Below are positions 22,206-32,522 of a stretch of 64,000 nucleotides of DNA, in pieces. The position numbers were made by a program, and so were the translations under genes. The stretch is from an uncultured Gammaproteobacteria bacterium. GTDB lineage: Bacteria; Pseudomonadota; Gammaproteobacteria; JACCXJ01. The notes below the pieces were generated by a model. The model was not told the DNA's origin. It made no database searches and worked only from the letters and a program-made list of their open reading frames with translations. Where the stretch lies: the NCBI GenBank assembly GCA_963764725.1, contig CAVXTM010000005.1, positions 64,001 to 128,000 of the forward strand, read 5' to 3'. Each line of letters starts with the position of its first letter. Within the stretch, counting starts at the first letter, position 1.

Positions 22206-23234
22206 TCAAAATTTCCGCAACCGGCTCTCTCGCTCTGTCCAAGTAGACCAGAGATGCTGCTGCGCTCTTTCCGATGCGTGCTGGCCGTCGACAAATCCTT
22301 TGTCTTCCAAGTGGAACCGGGCAGGGTCCGTAAAGTCCTCGAAAGCAAAACCGTACCGTTTAAAGAGAGGCCTCAAGCGGTCGGCTGATTCGAAAACGAA
22401 AGCGTATTCTGCTTTCTCCTTTTCTAACGCATGGTAAACCGCGGGCGAAAAAGGCGGCAAGAACCCAGCCACGTAAATACCCCGCCGCTGGCATTGGGAG
22501 AGAAAGGAGTCCAACTCTGCGAACGCCTTTTCAGACAGAGCGTTCCCGCGGACATAGACGTTCGTGTTTTGAGCGATGTGTTGCAGATCATCTTCGTGAG
22601 CTTCTACCCATTCCCATTGATGACTGCCGTCGTTCCGAAAGCCGTAGTTGCGGGCTATCGCGCCCAGGCCTACCCGTTCCAGGCCCTCCGGGTGAGACCT
22701 AGTAAGATCGGAAATTTGGAACTTACGAATCAACCAGTCCAGATATACATTATCCCAAGCGTGAAATAGTCTCCAGAACGGCGTCGTCGGGAGCTCTGTC
22801 TCCCGAAAAATATCAATCTTCGGAACATCCCAGTTCGGATTAAAAAATTTCTGGTCCAGTCCCACAATAAGGAGCTGCGGTTCTTCTTCGGTCGCCAATC
22901 GACCGATAAACTTCTGAAAATCCTCAAGCACCCGTGCGCCCCCACCGGCATTGAAAAAACTACCCTGAAAAAAGTCAGAGCGAAACGGCATGACACGCGA
23001 GGTTCCTAGCGCCACGACCTCGGGTCTCGCAGTCTGGACAGCCTTGAGCTTTATAGACGCTGTGGTGTCGCTATACGCGAGCCCTACGAGCACCGGCTGT
23101 GGAAGCAGAAACCGATTTACAACGCCTTCGATCGATATAAACTCACCGGATATCTCAAGCACCCAGGCCGGGAACGCGAGAGGGACCGCTAGGAGCAAGA
23201 GAAAAAGGGAGAGTTTCAGGATCAATTGGCGCAC
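22206..23234 (-). CDS. Membrane-anchored SGNH-like protein (DltD/AlgJ analogue)
   Basis: N-terminal TM helix, LGTSR block I, FFNAGGG, C-terminal DGQH (DxxH); directly after the MBOAT gene. Confidence 0.65.
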   Translation of the reverse strand: MRQLILKLSLFLLLLAVPLAFPAWVLEISGEFISIEGVVNRFLLPQPVLVGLAYSDTTASIKLKAVQTARPEVVALGTSRVMPFRSDFFQGSFFNAGGGARVLEDFQKFIGRLATEEEPQLLIVGLDQKFFNPNWDVPKIDIFRETELPTTPFWRLFHAWDNVYLDWLIRKFQISDLTRSHPEGLERVGLGAIARNYGFRNDGSHQWEWVEAHEDDLQHIAQNTNVYVRGNALSEKAFAELDSFLSQCQRRGIYVAGFLPPFSPAVYHALEKEKAEYAFVFESADRLRPLFKRYGFAFEDFTDPARFHLEDKGFVDGQHASERAQQHLWSTWTERESRLRKF

Positions 23235-23243
23235 AATTGGTTC

Positions 23244-24680
23244 TCAAAATCTGAAATAGATGAATTCTTGATATCCCTGTGTGTACTTATAAAGGGTCAT
23301 TATCGTAACCGCGTAATACACGGCCCAACGAAGCACCACCGGCTTCGAAAGAAACAATCTCACTAAACGGCCTTTGGCCTGCATCCAGTGCCCTACTTCC
23401 ATCAGTATGATTGACAATAGCGCCCAGGCCGGCCGGTCACCCGTAAAGAACACCAACACCCAAGGTTTTGCGAAATCGAATGCCACTATTGCCCCTAGAA
23501 CGTCCCCCGCATTGCCCAAGGAATCGGCGCGGAATAGAATCTCGGAGATCGTCCATAGCTGGAACGTAATCAATGGTGCCCAAAGCCGACGCCATCCTGC
23601 CAACCGCGGCCACCGGTCGAAAAACGCGTTTCGTTGCGGCAGCGTAAACACCGAAACACACATATAAAACGCGTGCAGAAGGCCAAATGCTAAAAATGGC
23701 AAAGTCGCACCATGCCATATTCCGATGGCGATGAAATTGATCGTGATCGCAGCAGCGAGCCCCCAAGCTCCCCACGCACGGAAAGCCATGCGCAGCGGCA
23801 TGAACACATAATCCGCCAACCATCGCGTCAACGTCATGTGCCAGCGTCGCCAAAAAACCTGCAGGTTCGGAGAATAAAACGGCATGTCGAAATTCCGCGG
23901 TGACTCTATTCCATAAAGTCGCCCGATACCGATAGCAATGTCCGTAAAGCCGGAAAAATCGGCGTAAAGCTGTATCACGAACGCGTAAGAAGCCAGGAGT
24001 ACACACGCCGAGTTGTAGTTCAGCGGCGCCGCGAAGACTTCGTTCACGAGTATGGCTAGCGAATCCGCGACGACAACCTTCTTGAAATAACCGAAGAGCA
24101 TCAGGCGCAGGCCGCGCACGATGCGCTTCGGATCAGTCGCGATAGGACATTTGACTTGCGGCAGGAATTCACCTGGCCGCTGGATAGGCCCACTCAGGAT
24201 CTGGGGAAAAAACGCCACATAGAGACCGAACGCCGTGAAATCATTCTCGGCCGGGATCTCGTCCCAATATATATCCACTACGTAACTGACCAGTTTAAAG
24301 GTGTAGTAGGAAATACCGAGAGGGACCAGAATCCGATCGAAACTGTCTGCCAGGCCGCCCGCAAATCCGGACACGCGCGCAAGCTCTCCTAAAACACCGG
24401 CGTACTTAAAGAGAGCCAGCGAACCTAGCAGCAGCCCGAGCGAATAAAGGAGCGCCTTCCTTTTGTCGCGGCCGGATCTGGCGCGCTGGATCGCGATGCC
24501 AGCAACATACGCCACGGCGGTCGCCGTGACGAGCAGCAACAGATAGGGAATGTTCCACAACCCATAAAATGTATAGCTGAATGCTAGGAGCGCGGTCTTA
24601 CGGTGCTCCGGAGGCAGGGCATAGTAAACAATCAGTGAGGAAAGAAGAAATATTGGAAAGATCGCTGAATTAAAAAGCAT
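23244..24680 (-). CDS. MBOAT O-acyltransferase (DltB/AlgI-like) with fused C-terminal Tyr motif
   Basis: PLGISYYTF, FFPQILSGPI, YADFSG, FWRRWHMTL, GIWHGA; ends EFIYFRF. Confidence 0.93.
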   Translation of the reverse strand: MLFNSAIFPIFLLSSLIVYYALPPEHRKTALLAFSYTFYGLWNIPYLLLLVTATAVAYVAGIAIQRARSGRDKRKALLYSLGLLLGSLALFKYAGVLGELARVSGFAGGLADSFDRILVPLGISYYTFKLVSYVVDIYWDEIPAENDFTAFGLYVAFFPQILSGPIQRPGEFLPQVKCPIATDPKRIVRGLRLMLFGYFKKVVVADSLAILVNEVFAAPLNYNSACVLLASYAFVIQLYADFSGFTDIAIGIGRLYGIESPRNFDMPFYSPNLQVFWRRWHMTLTRWLADYVFMPLRMAFRAWGAWGLAAAITINFIAIGIWHGATLPFLAFGLLHAFYMCVSVFTLPQRNAFFDRWPRLAGWRRLWAPLITFQLWTISEILFRADSLGNAGDVLGAIVAFDFAKPWVLVFFTGDRPAWALLSIILMEVGHWMQAKGRLVRLFLSKPVVLRWAVYYAVTIMTLYKYTQGYQEFIYFRF

Positions 24681-24681
24681 A

Positions 24682-24924
24682 TCAGCTCGTTTTTTGCTCT
24701 ATCAGTGCGATCAGCTCTCCGACATTTTTGAGGCCCTGTACTTCTCGGGTCGAGAATGAGATGCCAAACTTCTTTTCCGTGGCGAAGATCATGGTCACGT
24801 GATTCAATGAGTCCCAATTGTTAACATCCGCGGCGGTCGTTTCTTCGCGAATTTCAAGCGTCGGCTGGCCGAACACTTCGCGAAATACCTCAGTGAGTGC
24901 AACCATTATTTCGGATCTTTGCAT
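24682..24924 (-). CDS. Acyl carrier protein
   Basis: 80 aa, acidic, WDSL phosphopantetheine serine motif. Confidence 0.93.
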   Translation of the reverse strand: MQRSEIMVALTEVFREVFGQPTLEIREETTAADVNNWDSLNHVTMIFATEKKFGISFSTREVQGLKNVGELIALIEQKTS

Positions 24925-26702
24925 CCGGCAATCTCCTCCTGTTCAGTTTCGATGAAGTGAATCCGCGGCTCATACGCGTTTGTTTCAAGGGCCCAATCGG
25001 TTGCCCCTTTAGCATTCTCTTGCACTTTTTGGAAGCCGAAGCGACCAAAAAACTCTTTGACCATCTGATTCTTCGACGTGGGTTGGTAAGAGGCTTTAAC
25101 GAGACTGATCCCCTGTCCTCTTGCGAACTCGAAAAGATAATTCATCGCATACTGCTCCACCCCGCGGGCCAGTACACGGCAACTCATGACCCACTCCTCG
25201 ATCCGCATCGTGCCGGCATCGATGCGGCCGATGACGACCGAGATCAGTCCGTTGTCGCCATACTTGTCGCGCAGTTTAAGATAAATCGGCAGCCAACCTT
25301 GCCGGTCCTGCATGAAGGTCTCACACTGCGCCTCGCTGAAGCGTCGAGTCAGCAAATTGAACTGATTACTACGCTGCAAGAGCTGTGCGATACGCGGCAG
25401 GTTGAAAGGATCGAACCGTTTGAGCGTTATCTTCATGTCGAGTGACTTCAGATAATCTTCCGGATTTGAGAAATGCTTCTCGGCGATCTTGCGCTGCGCT
25501 TCTAGCCGATAAAGCTCCGCGCGTTCAGCGTCGATCTCAGAGTACGAAGTGGTCTCGAAGAGATTAATCTCGGCCAGACAGCGCAGGAACAGCGCGGGAT
25601 CCTCTGGCATCTCTGGGACGATCAACTCCGGCAATTCTTCTCGCACAAGATTGCGCTCGAACGGGCTATCATCGATAAAAACCATTGAACTGAAGGAAAT
25701 ATTAAGCGTTTCGCGGATTGCCTTGATGTTTTCGACTTTACTTACCCAGTTGGCAATGAAAACAGTAATATCGTTCTCTTTTAAGACCATCTCCGGGTGG
25801 TTGCGGAAAGGAAGAAGCGCATTTTCTGGATCGTTCTTGCTGCACACGGCAAGCAGGATGCCTCTTTTTTTGAGGTCTAGCAGATAATGCTGAAACCACT
25901 GAAAGGCCTCGCCATCTCCAAAGTGTCCGAGCCGGATCCCCTCAAGGCCGTCATCTCCGATAATGCCGCCCCACAGCGTGTCGTCGAGATCGAGAACGAC
26001 ACATTTTACTCCCGCCCCTTGCAATGAAAGGAGAATATCGACGGTGTTTTGTACAGCGTGTGGGAGAAATTCAAATGCGCAAAATGCCTTGCAGAGAATC
26101 CACATCTTTTCATCTAGCCAATGCCGGCGTCCGTGATATGAAGCGATACTGTCCACATCGTTGATGAAGACATTATTGAATGAACGCGCAGTTTCGACGA
26201 GCGCTCTGTTGATAGACGCGATGGCACAGAAGAAAGAGTTACCAACCTTTTCCTCATAGTTTCCGAAAAGCCTTTCATACGGCAGCACAAAATTGCTTTG
26301 CACAACCGCTGCATTGGAGCGCTCTTTGAGGGTGGTCCATAGAGATCTGAGGTTGGCGATCTGATCCTCAGCAAAGAGTATTTTGTCTCCAGGGAACAGA
26401 CGGTATCTGTCCCGAAGTGCAAAAACGGAATTTAAGATAACGATGGTGTCCGGGTCGAACGCATACAGTCCAGATGCGGGGTTGAAGATCTCAAGCTCTA
26501 CGGTGCCGTATTCTGCCTCGTAGATTTCAGCCCGGATCCCGTTCTTGGAAAGCAGTGTCTTAAAAAGCGGGGTGAGGTATTGTGGTGCAGAATCTGAAAG
26601 GACAGCCAGACGCATGCTCGTCCGGCAAGCTGAAAAATCGAGCGACTTGGATTCACTGTTCAGCTTGAGATAGTTCAACTCCGATATAGCGTAACGCAGC
26701 AT
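24906..26702 (-). CDS. FkbH-like HAD-IIIC protein (glyceryl-ACP loading)
   Basis: KCVVLDLDDTLWGG, CSKND, FIDDSPFER, RSNQFNL, DKYGDNGLI, MSCRV. Confidence 0.92.
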   Translation of the reverse strand: MLRYAISELNYLKLNSESKSLDFSACRTSMRLAVLSDSAPQYLTPLFKTLLSKNGIRAEIYEAEYGTVELEIFNPASGLYAFDPDTIVILNSVFALRDRYRLFPGDKILFAEDQIANLRSLWTTLKERSNAAVVQSNFVLPYERLFGNYEEKVGNSFFCAIASINRALVETARSFNNVFINDVDSIASYHGRRHWLDEKMWILCKAFCAFEFLPHAVQNTVDILLSLQGAGVKCVVLDLDDTLWGGIIGDDGLEGIRLGHFGDGEAFQWFQHYLLDLKKRGILLAVCSKNDPENALLPFRNHPEMVLKENDITVFIANWVSKVENIKAIRETLNISFSSMVFIDDSPFERNLVREELPELIVPEMPEDPALFLRCLAEINLFETTSYSEIDAERAELYRLEAQRKIAEKHFSNPEDYLKSLDMKITLKRFDPFNLPRIAQLLQRSNQFNLLTRRFSEAQCETFMQDRQGWLPIYLKLRDKYGDNGLISVVIGRIDAGTMRIEEWVMSCRVLARGVEQYAMNYLFEFARGQGISLVKASYQPTSKNQMVKEFFGRFGFQKVQENAKGATDWALETNAYEPRIHFIETEQEEIAGCKDPK

Positions 26703-26967
26703 ATAACTCCCGGACGATTAGACCTGTTGCTCTCTGTGTCAGCATGACGAGAGAAACAAGCAGCGCCCGACCATGGACTTTCTCTGGCAGCGCAGCCCGC
26801 TTGAATTGGACATATGAAGACCTCCCCGCAAAAACATCATGTTGGACAACCGTCGCAGTTAGCGCCAGCCCGAGTCAATTGTTATAGTGTCAATCGAAAT
26901 ACCGAATCAGAAGAGCGATAAGCATTTCTTGACAAACGTCTGGCGGCACTATACACCATAACTTGTC

Positions 26968-27513
26968 ATGATTGAACAGAATTTAGGTGCATTGGTTCGG
27001 CAGCTTCGCGAAAGCCGCAGGTTGTCGTTAAGGGGTCTAGCTGAGCAGACGGGATTCTCAGCCTCATTTCTTTCTCAAGTAGAGAATGGACAGGCCTCGC
27101 CGTCCATATCCTCCATGGAACGTATCGCGCACTCGCTTGGTGTCAGCATGGGCGAGTTCTTTCGGGCCACTGAAGTGAGTCACTCGCCGGTAGTCCGTGC
27201 CGGTGAGCGAACCGGCCTGACCAGCGAGTGGTCGCAAGCCGAAATCGAAGCACTGGGTCAAAGTCAACCGGGGCGACAGCTTGAAGGCGTTATTGTCACG
27301 ATCCGGCCGGGCGGTACCAGCGGCAAACGGCCGCATGCTCACTTGCACGATCAGATCGCGGTGATCTTACAGGGAGAACTGGAGCTGACACTGGGGGACG
27401 AAGAGCACACCCTGTCGTCTGGCGATTCGGCTACCGTTCGGGCGGGGACGCCGCGCCGGTGGCGCAACGTGTCTGCCGATCCCGCCCAAGTCCTGATTGT
27501 GTCGGCGTGTTGA
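26968..27513 (+). CDS. XRE-family HTH plus cupin transcriptional regulator
   Basis: LSLRGLAEQTGFSASFLSQVENGQASPS; C-terminal cupin (LQGELELTLG, GDSA). Confidence 0.9.
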   Translation: MIEQNLGALVRQLRESRRLSLRGLAEQTGFSASFLSQVENGQASPSISSMERIAHSLGVSMGEFFRATEVSHSPVVRAGERTGLTSEWSQAEIEALGQSQPGRQLEGVIVTIRPGGTSGKRPHAHLHDQIAVILQGELELTLGDEEHTLSSGDSATVRAGTPRRWRNVSADPAQVLIVSAC

Positions 27514-27679
27514 AGCCCTGCCTCTCGTCTCTGAGCGGTTTTTCTGCAAAGTCACCAATTGAATCGGAGCGTTATACGGCGCCCCTCGTGATGCCGCCGT
27601 CCGCCGCGGTCGGGAGCACGTTTTTGAAGTGGTCTTAGTTTGGCCTACTGTAGCCATCGGCAATTCCGGCAGCGACACC

Positions 27680-28366
27680 ATGTGCCCCAAGATCCTCGCG
27701 ATCGACACCTCGACCGAAGCTTGTTCCGCGGCGCTTCTCCTGGGCGATGAGGTGCGGGAGCGCTTTGAGATCGCGCCCCGGCGCCACAGCGAGCTGATCT
27801 TGCGTATGATCGACGAGCTGTTTCGCGAGGCCGGATTGACCTTGACCTCGCTCGCGGGGCTCGCTTTCGGCCGGGGACCGGGCTCTTTTACCGGGGTTCG
27901 CATCGCCGCCGGTGTGATTCAAGGACTGGCCCTGGGCGCCGATCTGGGCGTCGCGCCGATCTCCACCTTGGCGGCTCTTGCGCAAGGCGCACATAGACGA
28001 ACGGGATCGCGTCAAGTGCTGAGCGTTATGGATGCTCGTATGGGCGAAGTTTATTGGGGGATCTATGAGCTCGACGCCTCGGGAATCATGTGCGCCACAC
28101 AGCCCGAATGCGTGGCTCACCCGGCGGCCGTCCCCCTTCCCGAAACGGGGGCCTGGTTTGGCGTAGGCAGCGGGTGGTCGGATCACGGTGAGGCGTTGCG
28201 GCAACGGCTCGGAGAACGGCTTCGCGGTGCGGACCCGCATCAGTATCCTTCCGCCCGTGACATCGGCCTGCTCGGCGCGCAGGCTTTTCGTCAGGGGGAC
28301 ATGGTGGCGGCTGAGCAGGCGTTGCCGGTCTATCTAAGAGATCGCGTCGCGGAGCCTCGGAATTAG
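27680..28366 (+). CDS. tsaB: tRNA t6A biosynthesis protein TsaB
   Basis: ILAIDTSTEACSAAL, GPGSFTGVRI, DARMGEVY, PVYLR. Confidence 0.95.
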   Translation: MCPKILAIDTSTEACSAALLLGDEVRERFEIAPRRHSELILRMIDELFREAGLTLTSLAGLAFGRGPGSFTGVRIAAGVIQGLALGADLGVAPISTLAALAQGAHRRTGSRQVLSVMDARMGEVYWGIYELDASGIMCATQPECVAHPAAVPLPETGAWFGVGSGWSDHGEALRQRLGERLRGADPHQYPSARDIGLLGAQAFRQGDMVAAEQALPVYLRDRVAEPRN

Positions 28367-28387
28367 GGGACGGTCTGTCCCCTAATT
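28361..28387. terminator. Hairpin between convergent tsaB and cpdA
   Basis: Perfect 11-bp inverted repeat AATTAGGGGAC / GTCCCCTAATT. Confidence 0.6.
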
Positions 28388-28390
28388 ATG

Positions 28391-29194
28391 CTAGTGCTCC
28401 AAACGCTCGATACCCGTCTCCAGCCGTCCGTCGCCCCACAGCCGTAGCCAACGGTAGCCGGGGCTCCGCGTATCGCGCTGGTGACGATCGGTCCGTGGCG
28501 TAAACTGCACGCACGTGGAGGGGGTTCCAAGAAGCTGCACGCCCTCTCTCAGCGCCACGAACTCCTGGTGAATGTGGCCCCAGAGCACCGCGCGTACCTG
28601 CGTATGGCGGTCGAGTACCTCGAAGAAGGCGGGGGAATTATCCACCCCTATCTCGTCCATCCATAGGCTCCCGATCGCGACAGGATGATGGTGCATGAAC
28701 ACCAAGGCCGGGTGCCCAGCCTCGGCCGACAATCGCTCATCAAGACGGGTGAGTTGCTCGGCGCTCAAATGACCGTGTTCTCGGCCGGCCACGGCGGTGT
28801 CAAGAAAAGCGCAGCGCCACTCCCCGACCCGCGCGTGATCGACCGCGTGGATGTTGCCGCCCGCAAGCACTTGGCGCATCGCGTCCTTATCGTCGTGATT
28901 CCCGGGCAAGCAATACACCGGAACTCCCAAGCCCCCGATCCATTCACGCAGCCGGGCATAGGCGGCTCGGCTACCGTCTTGGCTCAGATCACCGGTCAGC
29001 ACCAGCGCATCGGGCGGCCACCGCTTTGCTTGCGCCAAGGTCAATACGGCGCGCAGCGATTCCGAAGTATTCAAGCCGTCGTAAAGGCCGCCTGGATCCG
29101 CATAGAGATGGGGGTCCGTCAGTTGCAAAACCGTCCAGGGATCGCGGTTCAAACGCGGACCGAAATTTTCCATGGCGCTAAGTTCTTTTGTCAT
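28391..29194 (-). CDS. cpdA: 3',5'-cyclic-AMP phosphodiesterase
   Basis: TDPHL, TGDLSQD, PGNHD, HHHP, GHIHQ, TPSTCVQF, PGYRWL. Confidence 0.92.
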   Translation of the reverse strand: MTKELSAMENFGPRLNRDPWTVLQLTDPHLYADPGGLYDGLNTSESLRAVLTLAQAKRWPPDALVLTGDLSQDGSRAAYARLREWIGGLGVPVYCLPGNHDDKDAMRQVLAGGNIHAVDHARVGEWRCAFLDTAVAGREHGHLSAEQLTRLDERLSAEAGHPALVFMHHHPVAIGSLWMDEIGVDNSPAFFEVLDRHTQVRAVLWGHIHQEFVALREGVQLLGTPSTCVQFTPRTDRHQRDTRSPGYRWLRLWGDGRLETGIERLEH

Positions 29195-29244
29195 GACGCT
29201 AGGTTAACGTATGATCATGTAGCGTGCATAACCGGGGCCGTGTC

Positions 29245-29907
29245 GTGACCAACAAGACCATCCGCTTGAGCGACGCGCTGTATGCCTATCTGCTCTCTGT
29301 CTCCTCGCGGGAATCCGAGGTGCTTGAGCGCTTACGCGTGGAGACAGCGTCATACCCGGAAGCCAACATGCAGATCGCCCCCGAGCAGGGGCAATTCATA
29401 ACGCTGTTGGTGCGTTTGCTTGGCGTTAAAAAAGCCATCGAGATCGGCGTCTTTACGGGTTACAGCTCACTTTGCGTCGCCCTCGGGTTACCATCTGATG
29501 GACAGCTCATTGCCTGTGACGTCAACGCGCAATGGACCTCCGTCGCCGCGCGCTACTGGCGCCAGGCGGGGGTCGCCGGCAAGATCGATCTACGTCTCGC
29601 ACCCGCTATTGAGACTCTGCAACAACTCCTGGCTGAGGGCGTTGCGGGCACCTTCGATTATGCCTTCATCGACGCAGATAAAGAATCCTACATCGATTAT
29701 TACGAGCTTAGCCTCCGGCTCCTGCGGCCCGGCGGGCTCATCCTCGTGGACAACGTTCTCTGGGGCGGCCGGGTGGCGGACCCAAGCGCGCAGGACCAAG
29801 CGACCGAGGCGATCCGCCGTTTTAACCTCCATCTCAAGGAGGATCCGCGCGTGGATTTGAGCATGATCCCGGTGGCCGACGGGCTCACGCTGGCGCGTAA
29901 GCGCTGA
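29245..29907 (+). CDS. Caffeoyl-CoA-type SAM-dependent O-methyltransferase
   Basis: EIGVFTGYS, FDYAFIDADK, DNVLWGG. Confidence 0.92.
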   Translation: MTNKTIRLSDALYAYLLSVSSRESEVLERLRVETASYPEANMQIAPEQGQFITLLVRLLGVKKAIEIGVFTGYSSLCVALGLPSDGQLIACDVNAQWTSVAARYWRQAGVAGKIDLRLAPAIETLQQLLAEGVAGTFDYAFIDADKESYIDYYELSLRLLRPGGLILVDNVLWGGRVADPSAQDQATEAIRRFNLHLKEDPRVDLSMIPVADGLTLARKR

Positions 29908-29958
29908 AGGTGGTGTTCCGCGGCGTTCCCCGGGTTTCGGGAGAAAGGACGGTGGCAG

Positions 29959-30789
29959 ATGACTTTGATGAAACTATTCCCCACGCCTGTTGAAACGGTG
30001 CCGTTGGAACGGCTTTACTTAAACCACAATCTTCGGGCAGTCCGAGACCCTTCACGGCCGTTTGTCTATACCAACTTCGTCGCCAGCCTCGATGGCCGGA
30101 TCGCATTAGGGGGTTCTCGGACGGGCACCGCGGTGGTGCCGAACGAAATCGCCAATGCTCGCGACTGGCGTCTCTTCGAGGAACTGGCCGCCCAGGCGGA
30201 CGTGTTGCTCACAACCGGACGGTATGTGCGGCAGCTTGCCAGAGGCGATGCTCAGGCTAGCTTGCCTCTGAGCGAGGAAGCGGCGTATCAGGATCTACGC
30301 GATTGGCGGCAGGCCCAAGGCCTTGCGGCGCAACCGGCGGTTGTGATCTTGAGTGCAAGCCTCGATATTCCCCTCATGGAGCCCCTAATTGGCCGTCACG
30401 GCCGGGTCTATGTCGCGACAGGATCCGATGTCGATGCGGCCCGGGCACGTGCGATCGAGGCCCGGGGCGCCAGGGTGATAGTCGCCGGGCAAGGCAGGCG
30501 TGTGCGGGGTCAAGCCTTGATCGAGGCCCTGCGCGGGGAGGGTTTGACTCTAGTTTATTCGACGGCGGGACCCAAAGTGCTGGCAACCTTGCTGTCCGAC
30601 CGGGTACTCGATCGACTCTACCTGACGCAGGTGCACCGGGTCCTAGCGGGCGAGTCTTACGATACTCTAGTGGAAGGACAGCGGCTTTACCCGCCTGCGG
30701 ACGTCCAACTGCACTCCTTATACTACGACGCACCGCGTGGGACGATCCCGGGCCAGCTCTTCGCGTCCTATGCCGTTACGCCGTTGTGA
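29959..30789 (+). CDS. RibD C-terminal (pyrimidine reductase/DHFR-like) domain protein
   Basis: YTNFVASLDGRIA, ADVLL, LDRLYLT. Confidence 0.8.
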   Translation: MTLMKLFPTPVETVPLERLYLNHNLRAVRDPSRPFVYTNFVASLDGRIALGGSRTGTAVVPNEIANARDWRLFEELAAQADVLLTTGRYVRQLARGDAQASLPLSEEAAYQDLRDWRQAQGLAAQPAVVILSASLDIPLMEPLIGRHGRVYVATGSDVDAARARAIEARGARVIVAGQGRRVRGQALIEALRGEGLTLVYSTAGPKVLATLLSDRVLDRLYLTQVHRVLAGESYDTLVEGQRLYPPADVQLHSLYYDAPRGTIPGQLFASYAVTPL

Positions 30790-30887
30790 GGAGAAATCAT
30801 TGCCGAAAGTACTCTGGAAAGACGCGGAAGGCGAATACGTGGTCACGAACTTTCCGCCATGCCAGGAGCGTCTTGCTTCAGCTCTTA

Positions 30888-32414
30888 ATGGCTGCGGCAC
30901 TTTCCAGTCTGACCCTACCGAACGTGGCGCGGGCGCTGGAGCCCTCTAAGTCCGAACCGCCGATCGAGGAGCGCGTTCAGGCGCTGATCCCGGATGTCGA
31001 GGCCTACATTGCAAGCGGGATGAAGGCATTCGATGTACCCGGCATCGCCATCGGTATCGTCGCAAACGATCGGCTTATCTACGGAAAGGGTTTTGGTGTG
31101 CGCAGCAAGGTCGGTGGTGTGCCGGTCGATACGCGCACTGTCTTCCAGATCGGCTCAACCACCAAAGCATTTCTCGCCGCGACGATGGCCTTGATGGTCG
31201 ATCGCGGCAAGTTGCGGTGGGACGACCGCGTTGTCGACCTCGATCCGGATTTTCAGCTAAAGGATCCTTGGGTCACGCGCGAGTTCCGTATCTTCGACCT
31301 CCTCGCTCAGCGCTCCGGGCTCCCACCCTACGCCAACGATATGTTGGGCATGCTCGGGATTGAGGAACCGGCGCTGATCCGCTCCCTGCGCCATGTCGAA
31401 CCGGTGTCCAGCTTCCGCTCGACCTTCGCCTATACCAACATTACGCATCTCTTGGCTGGTCGCATCGTGGCGAAGGCTGCGGCCGCTCCGGACGGAGATA
31501 CTGTCCTTCGTCAGGAACTGCTCGATCCCCTGGGCATGAAGGATTCGTCTTACACTGCCGAAGCCATCGTAGCTGCGGCGAACCATGCTGTTGGTCACCG
31601 CTGGACACCTGAGGGCACGATCGAAGTACCCTTCACGCAACTTTTTCCTTACGACTTCGGCGGGGCCGGCGACATCAATTCCACCATCGAGGATATGGCG
31701 CGCTGGGTTCGGTTGCAGCTTGGCAACGGCAGCTTCGAGGGGCGCCGCATCGTCTCGCCCGAGAATCTTGCCTTAACCCGCACTCCAAAGGTCGCGATGT
31801 CCGACAAAGTCTCCTACGCGCTAGGTTGGGCCGTCCAACAGACGCCGAACGGCAACATCGTTTGGCACAACGGAGGCACGAACGGCTTCGGCGCCTATGT
31901 CGGCATGGTGCCTGACAGAAATATCGGCGTCATCGTCCTCACCAACGAAGAGAATGTGGGCTTTCCGGATGCGATCGGGCTGTACATTGTGGACCGGATT
32001 CTCGACAACCCCAAGGTTGACTACGTATCGGGCACGCTCAAGGCGGCAAAAAATAAATTTGAGACCGCGGCCAAGCTGTTTGCCAAGCCCGCGAGCCCAC
32101 GGCCGTTCCCGCCGCTCGCACCGCTGGCCGGCAATTTCGTTAACCCGAGCCTTGGCAAGGCGGCGGTGACGCTAGAAGGCGATGCGCTGGTCATGGTGTT
32201 TCAGACTACTGGCGCCAAGCTTAAGCTTGAACCGTGGGACGGCGATGTCTTCACCGCCAAGCTCATGCCGCTCGGCCGGTTTGCGGCTATGGCCGAAGAT
32301 CTCGGCCCTTTGCCGAACGGCTTCGTCCAGTTTCAGGCGGACAAGGATGCCAAACTCAATTTGCTCCGCCTCTTCTTTGATGACGGACAGGCCTACGATC
32401 TCAGGCGCGAGTAG
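30888..32414 (+). CDS. Serine hydrolase, class C beta-lactamase/PBP family, with C-terminal extension
   Basis: FQIGSTTK (SxxK), FAYTN (YxN), WHNGG. The upstream part of the 703-aa ORF overlaps the RibD gene and is treated as spurious; start approximate. Confidence 0.85.
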   Translation: MAAALSSLTLPNVARALEPSKSEPPIEERVQALIPDVEAYIASGMKAFDVPGIAIGIVANDRLIYGKGFGVRSKVGGVPVDTRTVFQIGSTTKAFLAATMALMVDRGKLRWDDRVVDLDPDFQLKDPWVTREFRIFDLLAQRSGLPPYANDMLGMLGIEEPALIRSLRHVEPVSSFRSTFAYTNITHLLAGRIVAKAAAAPDGDTVLRQELLDPLGMKDSSYTAEAIVAAANHAVGHRWTPEGTIEVPFTQLFPYDFGGAGDINSTIEDMARWVRLQLGNGSFEGRRIVSPENLALTRTPKVAMSDKVSYALGWAVQQTPNGNIVWHNGGTNGFGAYVGMVPDRNIGVIVLTNEENVGFPDAIGLYIVDRILDNPKVDYVSGTLKAAKNKFETAAKLFAKPASPRPFPPLAPLAGNFVNPSLGKAAVTLEGDALVMVFQTTGAKLKLEPWDGDVFTAKLMPLGRFAAMAEDLGPLPNGFVQFQADKDAKLNLLRLFFDDGQAYDLRRE

Positions 32415-32522
32415 CGGAAGTTAAGGGGCCAGGATTGAATATTGCGGGCGATGTCCAACGAAAAATAAGCGCCCCTCATGTGGCGCCGGGTGCTCGGGGG
32501 AGTCTGCCGGTGCGCATCCGCC

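Noticed and set aside
26929-26963. Sigma70 promoter for the XRE regulator
   Set aside because: TTGACA is perfect but no convincing -10 box at 16-18 bp spacing.
30303-30887. 703-aa N-terminal extension of the serine hydrolase
   Set aside because: Overlaps the RibD gene in another frame and has low-complexity shadow composition.
30888-32414. True beta-lactamase resistance gene
   Set aside because: SxxK/YxN/HNG with a C-terminal extension fits the broad esterase/peptidase family; substrate cannot be assigned.
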